Assembly (NCBI GenBank): GCA_964035545.1
Contig: OZ037771.1
Location: 10,296,480-10,360,479, forward strand
Reading direction: 5' to 3'
Length of the DNA stretch: 64,000 nt
Source of the DNA: Bugula neritina
Lineage: Eukaryota > Animalia > Bryozoa
The notes beneath the pieces were generated by a model. That model was given only the letters and a program-made list of their open reading frames with translations, was not told the origin of the DNA and made no database searches. Shown one piece after another: positions 33,901-44,113 of this stretch (within the stretch, counting starts at the first letter, position 1; the number at the start of each line of letters is the position of its first letter). The position numbers were made by a program, and so were the translations under genes.

Positions 33901-36900
33901 TACACTGCAACACATTGGAATATACTGCAACACACGGAACTATACTGAAACATACTGAATATACTGCAACATACTGCAACATACTGAAATACACTGTTTC
34001 ATACTGAAACACACTGAAACACACTGCAACAAACTGCAACATACTGAAGTACACTGTACAAATTGAAAAACACTGCAACACACTGAAATAATCTGCAACA
34101 CCCTGAAACATACTGCAAAATACTGAAATATACTTCAACATCCTGCAACATACTGAAAAACACTACAACTCACTGAAATATAGTGCACTATACAGAATTG
34201 TACTGTAACATACCGATATTTACTGTAACACACTTAAATATACTGCAACATACTGAAATACACTGTAACATACCGAAATAAGTTGCAGCATACTGCAACA
34301 TACTGAAATACACTGCAACATACTAAAATACACTGCAACATACTAAAATACATTGCAACGTTCTGCAACATACTTCAACATACTGAAATACACTGCAACA
34401 TACTGCAACATACTGAAGTACACTGTAAAAGATTGAAATACACTGCAACACATTGGAATATACTGCAACATACCGAAATACACTGCAACATACTGCAACA
34501 TACTGAAAGACACTACAACTCAGTGAAGTATAGTGCAATATACAGAATTGTACTGTAACATACCGATATTTACTGTAACACACTTAAATATACTGCAACA
34601 TACTGAAATACACTGTAACATACCGAAACAAGCTGCAACATACTGCAACATACTGAAATACACTGCAACATACTAAAATACGCTGCAACATACTAAAATA
34701 CATTGCAACATGCTGCAACATACTTCAACATACTGAAATACACTGTAACATAATGGACTACACTGCCACACATTGAAATATACTGCAACAAACTGAAATA
34801 TACTGCAACATACTGAAGTGTACTGCAACATACTGAAATACACTGCTACATATCCAAGTATATCGTAATATACGAACATGTACTGTAACATACTGAAAAA
34901 CACTGAAACATACTGAAATATACTGAAATACACAGCAACATACTGCAACATACTGAAGTACACTGCAACATATCGAACTATATCGTAATATACGGACATG
35001 TTCTGTAACATACTGAAACACAATGAAACATACTGAAACATACTGAGACATATTTCATTACACTGAAATATACTAAAACATACTGAAATATACTGCAACA
35101 TACTGCAACATACTGAAGTACACTGTAACAAACTGAAATACACTGCAACACACTGAAATATACTGCAACACATCCAAGTACATTGTAATATACGGACATG
35201 TACTGTAACATACTGCAACACACTGAAATATACTGCAACACACTGAAGTATACTGCAAAATACTGAAATATACTTCAACATTCTGCAACGTACTTAAAGA
35301 CAATACAACTCGCTGAAGTATAGTGTAATATACGAAAATGTACTGTAACATACTGATATTTACTGCAACACACTGAAATATACTGCAACATACTGAAATA
35401 CACTGTAACATGCCAAAATAAACTGCAACATACCGCAACATACTGAAACACACTATAACATACTGAAATACACTGCAACATACTGCAACATACTGAAGTA
35501 CACTGTAAAATATTGAAATACACTGCAACACATTGGAATATACTGCAACACACTGAACTATACTGAAACATACTGAATATACTGCAACATACTGCAACAT
35601 ACTGAAAAACACTGTTTCATACTAAAATACACTGCAACATTCTGCAACATACTTCAACATACTGAAATACACTGTCACATAATGAAAAATACCGCAGCAT
35701 ACCGCAACATACTGAAAAACACTGTAACAAACTGAAATACGCTGCAACACATTGGAATATACTGCAACATACCCAAACAAATGGCAATATACTGAAATAT
35801 ACTGAAGTACGCTGTAACACATTGAAAAATACTGCCACATACTGAAAGACAATACAACTCAATGAAGTATAGTGCAATAAACGAAAATGTACTGTAACAT
35901 ACTGATATTTACTGCAACACACTGAAATATACTGCAACGTACTGAAATACACTGTAATATACTAAAATACACTGCAACATCCTGCAACATACTTCAACAT
36001 ACTGAAATACACTGTAACATAATGAAATATACCGCAGCATACCGCAGCATACCGCAACATACTGAAAAACACTGTAACAAACTGAAATACGCTGCAACAC
36101 ATTGGAATATGCTGCAACACACCGAAATATACTGCAACATACTAAAATAAACTGCAACATACTGCAACATACTGAAGTACACTGTAACATACTGTAACAT
36201 ACTGAAATAGACTGCAACAAACTGCAACATACTGAAGTACACTGTACATATTGAAAAACACTGCAACACACTGAAATATACTGCAACACACTGAAGTATA
36301 CTGCAAAATACTGAAATATACATCAACATACTGCAACATACTTAAAGACAATACAACTCACTGAAGTATAGTGTAATATACGAAAATGTACTGTAACATA
36401 CTGATATTTACTGCAACACACTGAAATATACTGCAACATACTGAAATACACTGTAACATGCCAAAATAAACTGCAACATACTGCAACATAATGAAATACG
36501 CTGCAACACCTTGGAATATACTGCAACAAACTGAAATATACTGCATCATACTGAAGTGTACTGCAACAGACTCAAATACACTGCAACATATCGATGTATA
36601 TCGTAAAACACAGACATGTACTGTAACATACTGAAAAATATTGAAACATACTGAAATATACTGAAATACACAGCAACATACTGCAACATACTGAAGTACA
36701 CTGTAACATATTGAAATACACTGCAACACATTGAAATATACCGCAACACACTGAAATATACTGCAACACATCCAAGTACATCGTAATATACGGACATGTA
36801 CTGTAACATACTCAAGAATACTGAAACAAACTGAAACAAAATGAAATATACTTTAACACACTGAATAATACTGCAAAATGCTGAAATATACTGTAACAAA

Positions 36901-39634
36901 GTGAAGTAAACTGAAAAATTCTGAAAAATACTGTAACATACTGAAACATGAGCAACATACTGAAATATGCCTCAACATACTCAAATATACTGCAAGATAC
37001 TGCAACATATGTAAATACACTGTAACATACTGAAATACACTGCAACATACTGCAACATACTGAAGTACACTGTAAAATATTCAAATACACTGCAACACAT
37101 TGGAATATACTGCAACGCACTGAAATGTACTGCAACATACTGAAATATATTGCAACATACTGCAACATACTGAAATACACTGTAACATACTGAAATACAC
37201 TGCAAAAAACTGCAACATACTGAAGTACACTGTACATATTGAAAAACACTGCAACACATTGAAATATACTTCAACACACTGAAATATACTAAAACATGTT
37301 GAAATATACTGCAACATACTGCAACATACTGAAATACACTGTAACAAACTGAAATACACTGCAACACATTGAAAAATACTGCAACATAGTGAAGGACACT
37401 ACAACTCACTGAAGTTTAGTGTAATATACGGAAATTTACTGTAACATACTGATATTTACTCTAACACACTGAAATATACTGCAACATACTGGAATACACT
37501 GTAACATACCGAAATAAAGTGCAACATACTGCAACATACTGAATTACACTGTAACATACTAAAATACACTGCAACATTCTGCAACATACTTCAACATACT
37601 GAAATAAACTGTAACATAATGAAATATACCGCAACATACCGCAACATACTGGAAAACACTGTAACAAACTGAAATACGCTGCAACACATTTGAATATACT
37701 GCAACATACCCAAATAAATGGTACTATACTGAAATATACTGAAATACACTGTAACACATTGAAAAATACTGCAACATACTGAAAGGCACTACAACTCACT
37801 GAAGTATAGTGTAATATACGAAAATGTATTCTAACATACTGATATTTACTGCAACACACTGAAATATACTGCAACATACCGAAATACACTGTAACATGCC
37901 AAAATAAACTGCAACATACTGCAACATGCTGAAATACACTGTAACATACTAAAATACACTGAAACATTTTGCAACTTACTTCAACATACTGAAATACACT
38001 GTAACATAATGAAATACACTGCAACACATTGAAATATACTGCAACACACTGAAATATACTGCAACACATCCAAGTACATTGTAATATACGGACATGTACT
38101 GTAACATACTGAAACATACTGAAACATACTGAAACAAAATGAAATATACTTTAACACACTGAATAATACTGCAAAATGCTGAAATATACTGTAACACAGT
38201 GAAGTATACTGCAAAATTCTGCAATATACTGTAACAAACTGAAACATGTGCAATATACTGAAAAATGCCTCAACATACTCAAATACACTGCAAGAAACTG
38301 CAACATCTGTAAATACACTATAACATACTGAAATACACTGCAACATACTGCAACATACTGAAGTACACTGTAAAATATTGAAATACACTGCAACACATTG
38401 GAATATACTGCAACACACTGAACTATACTGAAACATACTGAATATACTGCAACATACTGCAACATACTGAAATACACTGTTTCATACTGAAACACACTGA
38501 AACACACTGCAACAAACTGCAACATACTGAAGTACACTGTACAAATTGAAAAACACTGCAACACACTGAAATAATCTGCAACACCCTGAAACATACTGCA
38601 AAATACTGAAATATACTTCAACATCCTGCAACATACTGAAAGACGCTACAACTCACTGAAATATAGTGCACTATACAGAATTGTACTGTAACATACCGAT
38701 ATTTACTGTAACACACTTAAATATACTGCAACATACTGAAATACACTGTAACATACCGAAATAATTTGCAGCATACTGCAACATACTGAAATACACTGCA
38801 ACATACTAAAATACACTGCAACATACTAAAATACATTGCAACGTTCTGCAACATACTTCAACATACTGAAATACACTGCAACATACTGCAACATACTGAA
38901 GTACACTGTAAAAGATTGAAATACACTGCAACACATTGGAATATACTGCAACATACCGAAATATACTGCAACATACTGCAACATACTGAAAGACACTACA
39001 ACTCAGTGAAGTATAGTGCAATATACAGAATTGTACTGTAACATACCGATATTTACTGTAACACACTTAAATATACTGCAACATACTGAAATACACTGTA
39101 ACATACCGAAATAAGCTGCAACATACTGCAACATACTGAAATACACTGCAACATACTAAAATACACTGCAACATACTAAAATACATTGCAACATGCTGCA
39201 ACATACTTCAACATACTGAAATACACTGTAACATAATGGACTACACTGCCACACATTGAAATATACTGCAACAAACTGAAATATACTGCAACATACTGAA
39301 GTGTACTGCAACATACTGAAATACACTGCAACATATCCAAGTATATCGTAATATACGGACATGTACTGTAACATACTGAAAAATACTGAAACACACTGAA
39401 ATATACTGAAATACACAGCAACATACTGCAACATACTGAAGTACACTGCAACATATCGAACTATATCGTAATATACGGACATGTTCTGTAACATACTGAA
39501 ACACAATGAAACATACTGAAACATACTGAGACATATTTCATTACACTGAAATATACTAAAACATACTGAAATATACTGCAACATACTGCAACTTACTGAA
39601 ATACACTGTAACAAACTGAAATACACTGCAACAC
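30700..39634. repeat. ~4.45-kb higher-order tandem duplication in SatA (~30.70-35.15 kb and ~35.15-39.63 kb)
   Basis: Matching ORF pairs at offsets 4443 (31174/35617), 4453 (31870/36323), 4473 (32073/36546) and 4483 (34323/38806). Shared rare words such as CATATTTCATTACAC and TAATGGACTACACTGCCAC. Confidence 0.88.
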
Positions 39635-40388
39635 ATTGGAATATACTGCAACACACTGAAATGTACTGCAACATACTGAAATATATTGCACCATACTGAA
39701 ATGTGCCTCAACAGTGCCCAAACGTGCTAAAACAAGCCCAAACGTGCTACAATGAGCCAATTGTGCTAATAGTACCTATTAGTGCCCAGATGTTCTGAAA
39801 CGTGCCAAATAGTGCTAATAGTAAAATTAGTGTGCTTAACAGTGCCCAAGTCTGCTGAAACATTCGCAGTTGAGCTAAAACATGCCCAAATGTGCTATAA
39901 TGAGCCAAACATGCTAATAGTACCAATAAGTGCCCAGAGCTTCTGAAACGCGCTCAATAGTGCTGATAGTAAAACTAGTGTGCTTATCAGTGCCCAAATG
40001 TGCTAAACTGAGCCAAGTATGCTAATATTACCAATAAGCGCCCAGAGGTTTCGAAACGTGCCCAATGGTGCTAATAGGATAACTGGTGTGCTAAACAGTG
40101 CACAAATCTACTAAAAAGTTTCCCAAAGGGTCTAAAACATGCCCAAATATACTAAATCGAGCCAAATATGGTAATAGTACCAATGAATGCCCAAAGGTTC
40201 TGAATCAGGCCCCATAGTGCTAAAACTATAACAAGTGTGCTAAACAGTGCCCAAACGCTTAATAATGCCCAAATGTGCTAAATTGAGCCAAACATGTTCT
40301 TAGTACCTATTGGTGCCCAGAAGTTCTGAAACGTGTCCAATAGTGCTGAAACTAGAACAAGTGTCCTCAACAGTGCCCAAACATGCTA

Positions 40389-43300
40389 AAACATGCCCAA
40401 ATGTGCTACAATGAGCCAATTGTGCTAATAGTACCTATTAGTGCCCAGATGTTCCGAAACGTGCCAAATAGTGCTAATATTAGGACTAGTGTGCTTCACA
40501 GTGCCCAAGTCTGCTAAAACTTTCCCAAACATGCTAAAACATGCCCAAATGTGCGAAATTGAGCCAAATATGCTCATAATACCTATTGGTGCCCAGAGGT
40601 TCTGAAACGTGCTTAATAGTGCTAATAGTAAGAATAGTGTGCTTAACAGTGCCCAAATCTGCTAAAAAATTTCCTAAATGGTCCAAAACATGCCCAAATG
40701 TACTAAATCGAGCCAAATATGGTAATAGTACCAATAATTGGCCAGAGGTTTTGAAACGTGCCCAATAGTACTGATAATAGAACTAGTGTTCTTAACAGCG
40801 CCCAAATGGGCTAAAACATACCCAAATGTTCCAAAATGAGCCAATTGTGCTAATAGTATCTATTAGTGCCTAGAAGTTCTGAAATGTGCCCAATAGTGCT
40901 AAAACTAGAACAAGTGTGCTAAACAGTGCCCAAACATGTTAAAACATGCCCAAATATGCTAAATTGAGCCAAACATGTTAATAATGCCTATTAGTGCCCA
41001 GAAATTCTGAAGCAAGCCCAATAGTGCTAAAACTAAAACAAGTGCGCTAAACAGTGCCCAAACATGCTAAAACATGCCCAAATATGCTAAATTGAGCCAA
41101 ACATCTTAATAATACCTATTAGTGCCCAGATGTTCTGAAACGTGCCAAATAGTGCTAATAGTAGGATTAGTAAGCTTAGCAGTGCCCAAGTCTGCTTAAA
41201 CATTCCCAATTATGCTAAAACATGCCCAAATGTGCTAAATTGAGCCAAACATGTTATTAGTACTTATTAGTGCCCAGAAATTCTGAAACGTGCCCAATAG
41301 TGCTAAAACTAGAACAAGTGTGCTTAACAGTGCCCAAATGTGCTAAAACATGCCCAAATGTGTTACAATGAGCCAATTGTGCTATTAGTACCGATTAGTG
41401 CCCAGATGTTCTGAAACGTGCCAAATAGTGCTAATAGTAGGACTAGTGTGCTTAACAGTGCCCAAATCTGCTAAAAAATTTCCTAAATGGTCCAAAACAT
41501 GCCCAAATGTAGTGAATCGAGCCAAATATGGTAATAGTACCAATAAATGGCCAGAGGTTTTGAAACGTGCCCAATAGTACTGATAATAGAACTAGTGTTC
41601 CTAACAGTGCCCAAATGGGCTAAAACATACCCAAATGTACTAAATCGAGCAAAATATGGTAATAGTACCAATAAATGCCCAAAGGTTCTGAATCAGGCCC
41701 CATAGTGCTAAAACTAGAACAAGTGTGCTCAACAGTGCCAAAACGTGCTAAAACACGCCCAAATGTGCTAAAATGAGCCAATTGCGCTAATAGTACCTAT
41801 TAGTGCTCAGAAGTTCTGAAACGTGCCCAACAGTGCTAAAACTAGAAGAAGTGTGCTAAACAGTGCCCAAACGTGCTAAATATTGCCCAAATGTGCTAAA
41901 TTGAGCCAAACATGTTATTAGTACCTATTAGTGCCCAGAAGTTGTGACATGTGCCCAATAGTGCTAAAACTAGAACAAGTGTCCTCAACAATGCCCAAAC
42001 GTGCTAAAACATGCCAAAATGTGCTAAAAAAAGCCAATTATGCTAATAGTATCTGTATGTGCCCAGAAGTTCTAAAATGTGCCCAATAGTGCTAAAACTA
42101 GAACAAGTGTGGTAAACAGTGCCCAAACGCTTAATATTGCCCAAATGTGCTAAACTGAGCCAAACATGTTATTAGTACCTATTAGTGCCCAGAAGTTCTG
42201 AAACGTGTCCAATAGTGCTAAAACTAGAACAAGTGTCCTCAGTAGCGCCCAGACGTGCTTAAACATGCCCAAATGTGCTACAATGAGCCAATTGTGCTAA
42301 AAGTATCTGTATGTGCCCAGAACTTCTAAAATGTGCCCAATAGTGCTAAAACTAGAACAAGTGTTGTAAACAGTGCCCAAACGCTTAATATTGCCCAAAT
42401 GTGCTAAACTGAGCCAAACATGTTATTAGTACCTATTAGTCCCCAGAAGTTCTGAAACGTGTCCAATAGTGCTAAAACTAGAACAAGTGTCCTCAGCAGC
42501 GCCCAGACGTGCTTAAACATGCCCAAATGTGCTACAATGAGCCAATTGTGCTAATAGTACCTATTAGTGCCCAGATGTTCCGAAACGTGCCAAATAGTGC
42601 TAATATTAGGACTAGTGTGCTTCACAGTGCCCAAGTCTGCTAAAACTTTCCCAAACATGCTAAAACATGCCCAAATGTGCGAAATTGAGCCAAATATGCT
42701 CATAATACCTATTGGTGCCCAGAGGTTCTGAAACGTGCTTAATAGTGCTAATAGTAAGAATAGTGTGCTTAACAGTGCCCAAATCTGCTAAAAAATTTCC
42801 TAAATGGTCCAAAACATGCCCAAATGTACTAAATCGAGCCAAATATGGTAATAGTACCAATAATTGGCCAGAGGTTTTGAAACGTGCCCAATAGTCCTGA
42901 TAATAGAACTAGTGTTCTTAACAGCGCCCAAATGGGCTAAAACATACCCAAATGTTCCAAAATGAGCCAATTGTGCTAATAGTATCTATTAGTGCCCAGA
43001 AGTTCTGAAATGTGCCCAATAGTGCTAAAACTAGAACAAGTGTGCTAAACAGTGCCCAAACATGTTAAAACATGCCCAAATATGCTAAATTGAGCCAAAC
43101 ATGTTAATAATGCCTATTAGTGCCCAGAAATGCTGAAGCAAGCCCAATAGTGCTAAAACTAAAACAAGTGCGCTAAACAGTGCCCAAACATGCTAAAACA
43201 TGCCCAAATATGCTAAATTGAGCCAAACATCTTAATAATACCTATTAGTGCCCAGATGTTCTGAAACGTGCCAAATAGTGCTAATAGTAGGATTAGTAAG

Positions 43301-44113
43301 CTTAGCAGTGCCCAAGTCTGCTTAAACATTCCCAATTATGCTAAAACATGCCCAAATGTGCTAAATTGAGCCAAACATGTTATTAGTACTTATTAGTGCC
43401 CAGAAATTCTGAAACGTGCCCAATAGTGCTAAAACTAGAACAAGTGTGCTTAACAGTGCCCAAATGTGCTAAAACATGCCCAAATGTGTTACAATGAGCC
43501 AATTGTGCTATTAGTACCGATTAGTGCCCAGATGTTCTGAAACGTGCCAAATAGTGCTAATAGTAGGACTAGTGTGCTTAACAGTGCCCAAATCTGCTAA
43601 AAAATTTCCTAAATGGTCCAAAACATGCCCAAATGTACTGAATCGAGCCAAATATGGTAATAGTACCAATAAATGGCCAGAGGTTTTGAAACGTGCCCAA
43701 TAGTACTGATAATAGAACTAGTGTTCCTAACAGTGCCCAAATGGGCTAAAACATACCCAAATGTACTAAATCGAGCAAAATATGGTAATAGTACCAATAA
43801 ATGCCCAAAGGTTCTGAATCAGGCCCCATAGTGCTAAAACTAGAACAAGTGTGCTCAACAGTGCCAAAACGTGCTAAAACACGCCCAAATGTGCTAAAAT
43901 GAGCCAATTGCGCTAATAGTACCTATTAGTGCTCAGAAGTTCTGAAACGTGCCCAACAGTGCTAAAACTAGAAGAAGTGTGCTAAACAGTGCCCAAACGT
44001 GCTAAATATTGCCCAAATGTGCTAAATTGAGCCAAACATGTTATTAGTACCTATTAGTGCCCAGAAGTTGTGACATGTGCCCAATAGTGCTAAAACTAGA
44101 ACAAGTGTCCTCA
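40389..44113. repeat. 16-monomer, 2,126-bp higher-order repeat in SatB (about 1.75 copies)
   Basis: 40389-41987 matches 42515-44113 with about 4 substitutions noticed. Identical ORFs at 40534/42660 and 40586/42712. The 16 monomer lengths sum to 2126. Confidence 0.9.

Larger units (their letters stand above)
1..39713. repeat. Complex satellite array (SatA) based on a degenerate 10-bp unit (ACTGCAACAT / ACTGAAATAC / ACTGTAACAT / ACTGAAACAT), with recurring higher-order cassettes; runs off the left edge
   Basis: 10-bp register is visible throughout, one orientation, A/C-rich plus strand, no unique sequence. Landmarks such as GACACTACAACTCACTGAAGTATAGTG and CCAAGTACATCGTAATATACGGACATG recur dozens of times. 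Confidence 0.98.

Noticed and set aside
129-39020. Cassette A as a CRISPR-like direct repeat with spacers
   Set aside because: The intervening sequence is itself repetitive and hundreds of bp long, there are no cas genes, and the context is eukaryotic.
172-39674. Hundreds of Cys/Tyr/Val-rich ORFs as real genes (metallothionein-, keratin-associated- or membrane-protein-like)
   Set aside because: They overlap in all three frames with the same repeat peptide, derive from a non-triplet 10-bp unit, and have no domain or preferred frame.
1-39713. Telomeric repeat array
   Set aside because: No G-rich telomerase-type motif, and the units are heterogeneous with higher-order structure.
1-39713. CpG-decay (methylation) signature from CTG/CCG variants
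   Set aside because: The direction of change cannot be determined by eye, and the abundance of TG/CA is inherent to the consensus.
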